A stretch of DNA of 63,641 nucleotides, the filler included, from Octopus bimaculoides (Eukaryota), in NCBI RefSeq assembly GCF_001194135.2. It is 4 parts of 4 records of this genome, joined end to end, with 100 filler letters (N's around TTAATTAATTAA, not from the genome) between each part and the next. Parts side by side here need not be neighbours in the genome. Positions count along the whole stretch, not along the records: positions 34,479 to 63,641 come from NC_068999.1; 3 more parts are not named here. The stretch is one strand, 5' to 3'. A program made the translations under genes and the position numbers. Of the stretch, positions 51,918-63,641 are shown piece after piece (the first letter of the stretch is position 1; each line of letters begins with the position of its first letter). The notes below the pieces were generated by a model that was given only the letters and a program-made list of their open reading frames with translations, was not told the origin of the DNA and did not search any database.

Positions 51918-52760
51918 TAACAAACATGTATTTAAGTGGTACAAGTAAACGCATGAGATCAGCCAATAAAAACGTAAACAAATATATATATACAGAGAGA
52001 TGAATGAATAATAATAGATGAGTGTACAGATATAAACCAAGTTCTTAGTTTTCCTTACCATGTCTATTACATCAAATTACTTTATTTAAATTTATACCTA
52101 TTTTACTCTATCTTATCTTATTTACCCCACTCTATTATTCTAACTGAACTTCCCACATGTTAGTTTCTTAACATTTGTACTCTCTGAAGAAGCGTTGAGG
52201 CTCAACTATTATCCAATCTCTGTCCAATGTTTGTTCATCCCTGTATATTACTGACGTGATGAGGATGACTTGGAAGATTCCGAGGCCTCATTGTAGAAAC
52301 GGCTGTAAGGGATTTCTATCTGTACACTCATCTGTTATTATTCATTCATATCTCTCTCTATATATATCTGTTTACGTATTTATTGGCTGATCTCATTCGT
52401 TTACTTGTACCACTTAAATACATGTTTGTTATCATTTAATAAATAGGTATAATGGAATGTTTACTGGCTGATGTTTGTCGATTTTATATCCCCTCCATTT
52501 TCTTATTGTCTTATAAATCCTGGGTAAATTTCCAATTTACCTCCATTCATACCTAGTATTCAATTGCAATATTGTCAAGCAATAGTAAACTCTTGGTTAA
52601 AAATACGTAGGTACACATCCAGTAGTATACTGGATAGGATATTTAATATTCCTTAGATGGTTTCTTAACCTCTGACTCATACAGACATATATATATAGTG
52701 CTAAATTCAAATTCAAGATAACATTTTGGTCTGAGTTTTTGTATCGAATTTTCCCACCAG
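51918..52760 (+). mobile_element. PLE pLTR-like unit with hammerhead and inverted arm
   Basis: Inverted repeat 51918-52035 / 52316-52432 (about 90%); HHR core 52184-52307; adjacent to a PLE ORF. Confidence 0.65.
52180..52311 (+). ncRNA. Type I hammerhead ribozyme candidate
   Basis: Helix I CTCT/AGGG; CTGAAGA 52184-52190; helix II TGAGGC/GCCTCA; GAAA 52296-52299; helix III AC/GT with GGCT loop; GTA 52305-52307. Confidence 0.55.
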
Positions 52761-52799
52761 GAACTCAATTCAAACACCATAAATGGAATAAAAGAAGAT

Positions 52800-53770
52800 G
52801 CTTGCAATTCTTGAAGCCGGTACTTATTTGCACGAAGACAAGAAAAATTTCCTTGTCTAATATTTAGGATATCACAGAGGGAGATCAGTATTATAAGATT
52901 TTCGACTGGGCATAAGTGAGGGTTTCTATCGCTGTAGCTCTGTCTTTACATTTATAAAAATAATCTGCTTTATTATAGGACTGATTTGTACTGTGTCTTT
53001 TAATGACCAAATGTATTTTAATTGTATCACAGCATTACTTAAGTTGTATGTAAACGAATCAGTGTATGTCATGTATTTGGTTTAAAATATATTCACAGCT
53101 AACCCATATACGTCTTTACATTGCCGTCTATTGATTCCACTTCTAATCAGTATACATTTTCTTCACCAGCCGTTTCCTGTCCAAAAGGAAACTAGTCGTG
53201 TTACTGTTTCACGTTTGGCTGTTTACGCATTTTGGGGTCGGTTAGAGTCGACACATGAAATACAGCTGCGGGTACCCTCAGTACAAATTGCAGTGAAGAT
53301 ATTGTAATATTTATATGAAGTGGGGAAGTGCAAATTCATCAATGTTAGAAAGATCGTTGCTCCATTTCTAGATGTATTCAAGCGACGTCGAGTATTATTC
53401 CAAATTATTTCTCTGTTTCTCGGTTTTATATTATTTCTTATGGGTTCTCCTTCTAGTGTAGGTTGCCATTTAAAACTCTTCCATCTAATGATCTATAGTA
53501 ATGTAGAGCAGGTTTGTTATTTGATGAAAGGCTAGATATACGTCAGCTAATATTTTCAACGATGTTTTTTTGTTATTCTGGGAGGATAGTTGGATTTCCT
53601 GTTTATGTATATTGTTTCTTCGTTCATGTAACGGTTGGAGTGGTGTTTGTTTGCGTGTGTTTGGATTTAATATCGCATCTATAAAAAATTTACTATCTTC
53701 AGGTTTGCATTTATTGATATTTTTACTCCACAAAATTCTTTAAAAATGATAATTAGCGTTTTTATGGGGT
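52800..53770 (-). mobile_element. Penelope-like element RT C-terminus plus GIY-YIG endonuclease (degenerate)
   Basis: [89 protein letters not shown]. Confidence 0.85.
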
Positions 53771-53777
53771 TATCCAA

Positions 53778-53835
<58 letters not shown>

Positions 53836-54817
53836 GCATGCATACATACATGCATACATATATACCTACGTATGTATGTATATGTCGTGAGTACGTATAT
53901 GTATGTGCGTGCATGAATGTATGTGTATGTATATATGTGTGCGCATATGTATAAACACATGCAGCTATATATATAAATAAATAGCTATATAACGCAGAAC
54001 CCAGACATAAATATGAAGAAACTATTGTTGATTCATTCTAGATATTGTTTGGAGAATAAACTTATGAATATTTTTTTTCCTTCCGTTTTCTTTCGCAAGT
54101 CCAAAAGCTATGAGTTAATGTTTGATATTAGTGGTGACACGGTATGGGGTTAGTGTGCCGTCATTGCTCTCTTAGTTGGCTTTCCCTCTTTTATTTCATG
54201 TTAAAATATCTGATGACGCATTGTCTAATCTGTGAGTTTCTATTGAATTAAATCAGTGGGGTGGCTGCCAGAAAAAAGAAAGAAAAGAAAAGAAATGCTG
54301 AAAGATAGGATACAAGAAAGAAAGAAACATACAGAAGGAGAGAGAGAGAGAGAGAGAATCTGAGAAAGAAGGAAAGAAATAAAGAATGAGTGAATGATGA
54401 AAGAAGGAAACAGAAACTGAGGGAAAAACAGCAAAAAAAAAAAAAAGAAAAATGACGGAAAGAAGTAGTGAAAGAAAGAGAGATGAAAAGAGAAAAAAGT
54501 AAGTTGATAAGAAAGAAATTAAGAAAAAAGAAAGATATGTTTGAAATAGATAAAGAGGGAAAGAAAGAAAGAACATGATCAAATATGACATTTGGAATAA
54601 AATGGCTGCAATTTGTTATCACGTGATTCAATATTGTTAACATTATGTGTGGCATGATGGGAATGACATTTAGACAAAGGGATAAAAGTAAAAGACAATA
54701 CTACTTAGGCGTTCACTGTTAAATATTGGATTCTAACACAGGCACAAAGCCAGATATTTTGTGATAATAAAGTGTGGTTGAGTATTTTGAATATCCGAAA
54801 ACATGACTGGTACTTAC

Positions 54818-54823
54818 CGAAAT
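54818..54823 (-). other. Candidate 6-nt microexon (ATTTCG)
   Basis: Minus strand TTAATTTTATTTTTTCAG|ATTTCG|GTAAGTAC: consensus acceptor and donor 6 nt apart. Confidence 0.3.
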
Positions 54824-55356
54824 CTGAAAAAATAAAATTAATGGAAACCGAATTCGATCTCGGTATAATTAACAATCCATTATGTAAAGGGACATAACTG
54901 AATACCAAAAAGTAATACGTCATATCCGGTAAACTAACAAATTTCGTCAACCCCTGCTCTCACTATTCTACTTTTTTTTAAAAAAGCGTATGTATGCTTG
55001 TGGGTTTGCATGTGTGAGTATGTTTAGAGGTATGAGAGTATGTAACTTTTATAAAAACAATTTAGTTTGTAGAATATATTTTAGTTACGCTGAAAATTAT
55101 AATGCGCATACGTACTCGCGCAAATACATATTTCATACGTGTGTGTTTAAAAAATAAATAGAAATGGCATCATTGATCAATTATTGATCCTTATAACTAT
55201 ATGGTCTCTTAAATCTTCCCTTGTATTCCTCTGGAAACAGTGTTTTTGTTATTGTTGCAGGTAGCTGTTTGCTTCCTACAATATTGATACATAGCCTTAA
55301 GGCTATGTCAGATATACAAATAAACAGCAGGACTCCAAAAAGGCCACAGATTCATA

Positions 55357-55410
<54 letters not shown>

Positions 55411-55464
55411 TATTATTATTATTATTAGCAGCAGCAGCAGCAGCAGTAACAGCAGTAGTAGTAA

Positions 55465-55506
<42 letters not shown>

Positions 55507-55557
55507 TTATAGTAGTAGTAGTAGTAGTAAATCTTGCCAGCACTTTATAAAATTTAT

Positions 55558-55910
55558 TGTTTACTTGTTTCAGTCATTAGACTGCGGCCATGCTGGGGCA
55601 CCGTCTCGAAGGGTTTTTAGCCGAATGAATCGACTCCAGTAGTACTTATTCTATCAGCCTTTTTCTGCCGATCCGCTATGTTACGTAAGCACTCCAGCAC
55701 AGGTGGTAAAGCGATGATAGAGGACAAACACAGCTACAAACACGCACACACACAAACATACACATACAAACACACAAGCACACTCACAAGGCTTTGGTCG
55801 GCCAGAGGCTATATAGTAGAAGACACTCGCCTAAGGAGCCACGTAGTGAGACTGAGAACAGAACCATGTAGTTTGGAAGCAAGATCCTTATCACATAACC
55901 ACGCATGCGC
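55558..55910 (-). mobile_element. SINE family B
   Basis: TACTTGTTTCAGTCATTAGACTGCGGCCATGCTGGGGCACC..CACAAGGCTTTGGTCGGCC..GAACCATGT. Confidence 0.8.
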
Positions 55911-56069
55911 ACATATAGGTGACTGTTATATATTTCAAATAAAATTTTACGACCTTATCATTTCCGAGCACCTTCTGCCTATTCTGTCCAGAAATTCGCT
56001 TCCATTTTGCTGTGTGGTAAGATCTTTTCCTGCATTGTTTTCATATGAATCTTTTATAATTCTTGTATT

Positions 56070-56197
56070 CTTTTACTTACTTATTGCAGCCATTTGACTG
56101 CGGTCATACTGGGGCACCGACTGGAAGGGTTTCAGTCGAATAAATCAAGCCCAAGACATTTTTTAAGCGTGGTACTTATCCTATCGTTCCTTTTTGT

Positions 56198-56239
<42 letters not shown>

Positions 56240-57027
56240 ATGCTGGTCTTCTTTCACTTTCCNNNNNNNNNNNNNNNNNNNNNNNNNNNNNNNNNNNNNN
56301 NNNNNNNNNNNNNNNNNNNNNNNNNNNNNNNNNNNNNNNNNNNNNNNNNNNNNNNNNNNNNNNNNNNNNNNNNNNNNNNNNNNNNNNNNNNNNNNNNNNN
56401 NNNNNNNNNNNNNNNNNNNNNNNNNNNNNNNNNNNNNNNNNNNNNNNNNNNNNNNNNNNNNNNNNNNNNNNNNNNNNNNNNNNNNNNNNNNNNNNNNNNN
56501 NNNNNNNNNNNNNNNNNNNNNNNNNNNNNNNNNNNNNNNNNNNNNNNNNNNNNNNNNNNNNNNNNNNNNNNNNNNNNNNNNNNNNNNNNNNNNNNNNNNN
56601 NNNNNNNNNNNNNNNNNNNNNNNNNNNNNNNNNNNNNNNNNNNNNNNNNNNNNNNNNNNNNNNNNNNNNNNNNNNNNNNNNNNNNNNNNNNNNNNNNNNN
56701 NNNNNNNNNNNNNNNNNNNNNNNNNNNNNNNNNNNNNNNNNNNNNNNNNNNNNNNNNNNNNNNNNNNNNNNNNNNNNNNNNNNNNNNNNNNNNNNNNNNN
56801 NNNNNNNNNNNNNNNNNNNNNNNNNNNNNNNNNNNNNNNNNNNNNNNNNNNNNNNNNNNNNNNNNNNNNNNNNNNNNNNNNNNNNNNNNNNNNNNNNNNN
56901 NNNNNNNNNNNNNNNNNNNNNNNNNNNNNNNNNNNNNNNNNNNNNNNNNNNNNNNNNNNNNNNNNNNNNNNNNNNNNNNNNNNNNNNNNNNNNNNNNNNN
57001 NNNNNNNNNNNNNNNNNNNNNNNNNNN

Positions 57028-57085
<58 letters not shown>

Positions 57086-57250
57086 ATGCTGGTCTTCTTT
57101 CACTTTCCTCGACCAAATCCACTTGTAAGGCTTTTGTTGGTCCGGAGCTATTTCAGAAGACAGGTACGCACTGTGGGACTGATTCAAAGTACCACACATT
57201 GGGACTGACTCAAGACCACATGATTCGGAGGAGAATTTCATTCAGACATG
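56070..57250 (-). mobile_element. SINE family B spanning an N gap
   Basis: 3' domain before the gap and head after it; flanks duplicated across the gap. Confidence 0.7.
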
Positions 57251-57404
57251 GTAAAGTTATCTCATCTTGTAGGTCTGTATATGTGAGTGTGTATGTGTGT
57301 GTGTGTGCGAGAGAGAGCGAGAGTGAGAGAGAGAGAAAAGAGTTAGAGAGAGAGAGAAAAAAAGAGTGAAAGAGAGAGAAAAAAGTGTGGAATAAAGCAA
57401 GGAA

Positions 57405-58330
57405 CAGCTCCCATTTCTGGAACTTTTGATTATAAAAAATCCAACAACCAAATTGCAACTGACATCAACTACAAGCCCCAAAACTCAAAACAGTATCTCC
57501 TTTTCAGTTCATGCTACCCTAAACACACAAAAATAAATATCCCATTCAATCTAGCAAAAAGTATCTGTACAAATGTATGTAACACAACCACTCGTGAACT
57601 TCGCCTACAAGACCTCAAAATAACACTCATTGAACGTCAATACCTACCCGCACTTATAGACCACGGAATTAAACGGGCTAAAAAATTGGACACAAACACA
57701 CTAAGGACAACAAAACAAAACACCACACCTCACTTTAAATCACTCCCATACATATCAACCCACAACCCCAGAAACAATGAAGCATACGACACAATTATAC
57801 AAAATCTCCCTCTACTCGCTCAAGACCTGAAAATACACATAAACTCCTCAAATGCAAAAGACAACACAAATCACTTAAGAGATTCCTAACAAATACAAAA
57901 CTATAATCGATACATATGATACCAACAGTTAAAAACTGCAGACAACCTAATTGTGGTACATGCCCATACCTAACTGAAGGCTTGGAATTCACATTCCAGC
58001 AAGGAGAAAAATTCTCAATTAAGACCAACTTCACATGTGCTTCCCAAAACCTTATCTCTGTCCTGACCTGCTCAGGTTGTGGCCACAATTATGTGGGCCA
58101 AATGAGCCTTACTTTGAGATGCAGAGTCACGCTACATAAACAACAGATTCGTTTTTCCTCAATACAGACAGATAGCCCTGAGTGAACATATCGACAGATG
58201 CGCAAGAAATAAAACACCGAATTTCCATATCCTTCCATTATACCAATGCAAAGATTCAATCTTCTTACAAGAACGCCTAAACAAGGAAAACCTGTTCATG
58301 CAAAAGTACAGACCACACCTTAATATATAG
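57405..58330 (+). mobile_element. Penelope-like element RT C-terminus plus GIY-YIG endonuclease
   Basis: QLPFLELLI/TDINYKPQNSKQYLLFSSCYPKHTKINIPFNLAKSICT..LPYISTHNP..CRQPNCGTCPYL..NFTCASQNLISVLTCSGCGHNYVGQMSLTLRCRVTLHKQQIR; frameshifted. Confidence 0.9.
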
Positions 58331-59510
58331 ACTTGATTAATTCAAAAATCATATTGAGGAGTTAGTTGTCCCCCTTGCCACCTGTTGCATCACTTTGTCC
58401 ACTCTCTAGACTTATTCTTATTTTTCAAGCATCCAAAATGGCGAGAACCCTTTGTCACAAGACTTGATTACTTCACAATGTCCCTTGAAAAGCTAATTTA
58501 AATAGCGAAAACCGGATGGATATCACGACATCCATAAAATATGTATATATATTACAAAAATTTCTTTACAAAAAGATATNNNNNNNNNNNNNNNNNNNNN
58601 NNNNNNNNNNNNNNNNNNNNNNNNNNNNNNNNNNNNNNNNNNNNNNNNNNNNNNNNNNNNNNNNNNNNNNNNNNNNNNNNNNNNNNNNNNNNNNNNNNNN
58701 NNNNNNNNNNNNNNNNNNNNNNNNNNNNNNNNNNNNNNNNNNNNNNNNNNNNNNNNNNNNNNNNNNNNNNNNNNNNNNNNNNNNNNNNNNNNNNNNNNNN
58801 NNNNNNNNNNNNNNNNNNNNNNNNNNNNNNNNNNNNNNNNNNNNNNNNNNNNNNNNNNNNNNNNNNNNNNNNNNNNNNNNNNNNNNNNNNNNNNNNNNNN
58901 NNNNNNNNNNNNNNNNNNNNNNNNNNNNNNNNNNNNNNNNNNNNNNNNNNNNNNNNNNNNNNNNNNNNNNNNNNNNNNNNNNNNNNNNNNNNNNNNNNNN
59001 NNNNNNNNNNNNNNNNNNNNNNNNNNNNNNNNNNNNNNNNNNNNNNNNNNNNNNNNNNNNNNNNNNNNNNNNNNNNNNNNNNNNNNNNNNNNNNNNNNNN
59101 NNNNNNNNNNNNNNNNNNNNNNNNNNNNNNNNNNNNNNNNNNNNNNNNNNNNNNNNNNNNNNNNNNNNNNNNNNNNNNNNNNNNNNNNNNNNNNNNNNNN
59201 NNNNNNNNNNNNNNNNNNNNNNNNNNNNNNNNNNNNNNNNNNNNNNNNNNNNNNNNNNNNNNNNNNNNNNNNNNNNNNNNNNNNNNNNNNNNNNNNNNNN
59301 NNNNNNNNNNNNNNNNNNNNNNNNNNNNNNNNNNNNNNNNNNNNNNNNNNNNNNNNNNNNNNNNNNNNNNNNNNNNNNNNNNNNNNNNNNNNNNNNNNNN
59401 NNNNNNNNNNNNNNNNNNNNNNNNNNNNNNNNNNNNNNNNNNNNNNNNNNNNNNNNNNNNNNNNNNNNNNNNNNNNNNNNNNNNNNNNNNNNNNNNNNNN
59501 NNNNNNNNNN

Positions 59511-59548
<38 letters not shown>

Positions 59549-59875
59549 CACAAAACTGACTATCACTGTCTCAGACTGACCATAAAAAGCCCATATCAAA
59601 TTTCAACACAATGGGTGGAGAATATCTAATCTATATGCAATGCTAATATATTAATGGGTGCTAACCCGACTACAAACACTAACGTTTTAGACTGTCCCTA
59701 TTCCAAATTTGGCAATACAATGCCCCTACTTCTAGTAAGTGACTTCAATACTATCCCCTTACATACATTCACCCGTTTGTAACCTGTCTTCCTCTGTTCT
59801 CTATTCTGCTTGAATATTTCCATCTTCTCCGTGCAGTAGCCATTCTTTCAGTGCTCTGCTTGTTATAATCAGAAA

Positions 59876-60000
59876 TGGCTCTGACGAAAGTAGGATTAAT
59901 TTTCTTAGGTCGTTCAATTTTCCTCAAATGATCAATGGACCAGTTGAATAAACCTGTCAGTAATGTACCATTAATAACTACGGGAAACAGGTGTAAGCCA
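59876..60000 (+). ncRNA. Type I hammerhead ribozyme candidate
   Basis: Perfect helix I TGGCT/AGCCA; CTGACGA 59881-59887; GTAG/CTAC near the helix II base; GAAA 59984-59987; helix III AC/GT with AGGT loop; GTA 59993-59995. Confidence 0.6.
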
Positions 60001-60097
60001 AGTTTGCTCCAATAAATGAAAAATATTTGATGACCATTATTTTTAACTTGTTTCTTATGTATGTATGTATGTATGTATGTATGTACGTATGTATGTA

Positions 60098-60250
60098 TGG
60101 CTGTGTGGTAAGAAGCTAGCTTCTTAACGACATGGTTCCGGGTTCAGTCCTACTGCGTGGAATCTTGGGCAAGTGTCTTCTACTGTAGTCCCAGACTGAC
60201 CAATGTCTTTTGAGGGGATTTGGTTGACGGAAACTGAAAGAACCCCTTCG

Positions 60251-60316
<66 letters not shown>

Positions 60317-60690
60317 NNNNNNNNNNNNNNNNNNNNNNNNNNNNNNNNNNNNNNNNNNNNNNNNNNNNNNNNNNNNNNNNNNNNNNNNNNNNNNNNNNNN
60401 NNNNNNNNNNNNNNNNNNNNNNNNNNNNNNNNNNNNNNNNNNNNNNNNNNNNATATATATATATATATATATATATACGTGTGTGTATTTATGCCTGTAT
60501 GTGTGTGTGTGTCTGTGTTTGTCCTCTCATCACCGCTTGGCAACCGGTGTTGGTGTGTTTACGTTCCAGCAATCTAGCAGTTCGGTGAAAGGCTTACAAA
60601 GAATAAGTCCTGAGGTCGATATGTTCGACAAAAGGCGGTGCTCCAGCATGGCTGCAGTCAAATGACTGAAACAAGTAAAAGAGTAAAAGA
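60098..60690 (+). mobile_element. SINE family B spanning an N gap
   Basis: GGCTGTGTGGTAAGAAGC..CATGGTTCCGGGTTCAGTCC..GACTGAAACAAGTAAAAGAGTAAAAGAG. Confidence 0.85.
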
Positions 60691-60940
60691 GATTCAGTAA
60701 GATGATTAATTTCTTCAGTTTTGTATGATTTGTTATGAAAATGTTATCAGATTCAGTATTGTTTAATTTTTTTCGCTTTTCATGTTTATTAATTTTTTCA
60801 TTTTCTTTGTTTTTGTTTTGTCTTACTGAAGGTTAAACAATTTCTTTTGTTGAGGGAGATAACCAAAAGTACTCATATTTCTCGTAAAACGTGGGGGGAT
60901 AACCCAATTTTTAATGGGGGTGCGATAACCAAAATGTACC

Positions 60941-60994
<54 letters not shown>

Positions 60995-61200
60995 CTCTGT
61001 GTCGGTCTCTCTGTTTATCTTCCTGCCTATCTATCTGTCTGCCTATCTGTCTGCCTATCTGTCTATCACTCCGTCTACCTCTCTGCCTTTATCCCTATCT
61101 GTCAGTCCTTCTGTCTGTCTGTCTATCTCTCACTCTCTCAATTTGTCTGCCTCTCTCTCACACCCCTCTCTCTCTATCTGCATAGTTACCTATCTCTATA
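60941..61200. repeat. (CTAT)n grading into degenerate (CTGT/CTCT)n
   Basis: Seen directly. Confidence 0.9.
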
Positions 61201-61729
61201 TATTTGTGCATCTGCATATGTACATACGAATGTACATATGCGCATACATATAATCGCGCGCACGCACACACTCACATCTATAAATATATGTGTATATGTG
61301 TGTATGTGTGTATATGCGTGTGTAATGTGCGTGTATATGTGCATATCTACATATATACATATACACATACGCACATACCCACATATAAATCATACAGCCT
61401 TTCCTTAGTTATGTTTTTTGTCTTATATCTGCCGATGGAGTTGAGTAAGCCAGCACTAACTCCCCTCTAGTACAGCAGCCGAGTAATTGGTAAGACTGCC
61501 ACGCCTTCTTTCACCCATGAAGTCGCTGTAGGAGAGATCCCAACAAACAGTGACACACACCTTGCTATTATGTATTTGTATTAAGGAAATCTTTAACGCA
61601 TCATCATATTTTGCAGACGTTATTTGATCTTTATTGGCAACTTTGAAACAACATGAATATATATGTACATATATATACATATACATACATATATATATAC
61701 ATACATGCATACACACACACACACACACA

Positions 61730-61763
<34 letters not shown>

Positions 61764-61939
61764 NNNNNNNNNNNNNNNNNNNNNNNNNNNNNNNNNNNNN
61801 NNNNNNNNNNNNNNNNNNNNNNNNNNNNNNNNNNNNNNNNNNNNNNNNNNNNNNNNNNNNNNNNNNNNNNNNNNNNNNNNNNNNNNNNNNNNNNNNNNNN
61901 NNNNNNNNNNNNNTATATATATATATATATATATTTCTT

Positions 61940-62171
61940 TTTCTTGTTTCAGCCATTGGACTGTGCTCATGCTGGAGCAGCGCCCTTGAATTTTTAATCG
62001 AAGGAATCGAACCCAATATTTATGTTTGAAGGCCTGGTACTTATTCTATCGGTCACTTTTGCCGAACCGCTCGTGTTACGGGACGTAGGCAACTCAACAC
62101 TGGTTGTCAGGCAGTGATAGGAGACATACTCACACACACTCGCATGTACACACATGCACACATGCATGTAT

Positions 62172-62225
<54 letters not shown>

Positions 62226-62380
62226 GTATGTATATATACATGACAAGCTTCTTTCAGTTTCCTTCTGCAAAATCTGCTCTTAAGGCTTTGACCGGCCCGA
62301 TGTTATAGTCGAAGACACTTGCCTAAAGTGCCAAATGGTGTGGCTGAACCCAGAACCATGTTCATACCACACACCTGCTC
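61940..62380 (-). mobile_element. SINE family B
   Basis: CTTGTTTCAGCCATTGGACTGTGCTCATGCTGGAGCAGCGCC..GAAGACACTTGCCTAAAGTGCC..GAACCCAGAACCATG. Confidence 0.8.
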
Positions 62381-62487
62381 CTATATATTGTGATATTTGG
62401 GGGATGGACTTTTACTTTTTTTTTTATACACACTATATATTTGATGCACACTATATATTTGATCTTCACTTTATTATTATTATTATT

Positions 62488-63046
62488 GATTGAAAGAGCA
62501 GTGCATGCCATCAAAGTGACATTGGGGTAAAATATATGAAGCCTAGTATACCCATCATGACAACCCGTCTGATAAGGGTACAGTAGGCACATGCATCACA
62601 ATCATATTTGCGCGACATGGTGATCTAATATGAAGATTAACAGCGCATGACCTTGCGGTTGAAGCCCAGTTAGAATTTTCTCCAGGTTAAGTAGCCGACC
62701 CCGCTTAAGATGTCCCTGAATAAGCGTTGTTTAAGGATGTTGAACAAAACACTAATGTTTCCAAAGGTGAATTATCCAAACCCCAAAGAATCCCTCTCAA
62801 CACATGGCTATGATATTGAGAGAAATTCTCACCCACTACTTCTGCTCGTGATCAGAGATGCACATATCGTCAGCCACTAAGGGACATGCTCAACTGGTTA
62901 ATATCAAGCAACTAACAAGCAAATATGTGGTATTGAGCAGAATATTTGCTGTAGCCCATCTTTAATACCAAAACAAAACATTGTACATGATAACACTTGC
63001 AATCAGTTAAGATCAGAAGCCATGAGAGCCACTGCCTAGTATTGCA
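62488..63046 (-). mobile_element. About 560-bp non-coding interspersed element flanked by (TAA)n on both sides
   Basis: (TTA)n at 62470-62487 and 63047-63110; complex unique body; orientation inferred from a putative (AAT)n tail. Confidence 0.5.
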
Positions 63047-63111
<65 letters not shown>

Positions 63112-63307
63112 GTTTATTTGCTAGTGTTGTTTCGTCACACATTCTTTAACTACTTGTTCCTCTTGCATTCTCTATTTTTTCTGACATATCACAGAAAGAA
63201 AAAAATGAAATTGACAGGACAAAATCAGAGAGAAGAGAATACACGAGGCACAGAAAGTCATTGAAGAGGCCAAAGAATGTATCACGAAAATACACTGACG
63301 AATGAAA

Positions 63308-63331
63308 TAGTAGTAGTAGTAGTAGTAGTAA

Positions 63332-63379
<48 letters not shown>

Positions 63380-63409
63380 CAGTAGTAGTAGTAGTAGTAG
63401 TAGTAGTAA

Positions 63410-63465
<56 letters not shown>

Positions 63466-63480
63466 ATGATAATAATAATG

Positions 63481-63515
<35 letters not shown>
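63308..63515. repeat. (TAG)n followed by (AAT)n microsatellite
   Basis: Seen directly; source of the poly-L/V pseudo-ORFs. Confidence 0.95.
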
Positions 63516-63641
63516 GATAAAGTGAAGACCAAATAGTTCGTGTGTTTATTGGCCGAAATAATGACCATCACCAAATTTCACAATATCTGTCTAAACAAAC
63601 GACTTCACATTAAGAATCTTGCAATACAATTACATAAACGT

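Overview
AT-rich eukaryotic sequence dense in microsatellites and gaps. I infer an octopus genome from its repeat content (tRNA-head SINEs, RTE and R4/Dong fragments, abundant di- to tetranucleotide repeats), but this was not checked against a database. I recognise no host protein-coding exon with confidence. The window is mostly transposon debris: a full-length dead hAT/Buster element with an 8-bp TSD, two Helitron derivatives, mariner/Tc1 fragments, RTE and R4/Dong non-LTR fragments, at least three Penelope-like (PLE) RT/GIY-YIG fragments, and three SINE families. Two signals stand out. (1) Several type I hammerhead-ribozyme folds (34009, 52180, 59876, 26069) share a minimal helix III and an unusually long (about 60-105 nt) helix II region; three of them sit in head-to-head inverted-duplication units, and PLE pLTR origin is inferred. 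(2) R4/Dong-like elements and short non-coding relatives are embedded in specific microsatellites, (ACAT)n versus (TAA)n. Weak splice-signal evidence suggests a minus-strand transcript starting near 14.2 kb and a 6-nt microexon at 54818. Most long ORFs in the supplied track are artefacts of N gaps and simple repeats.
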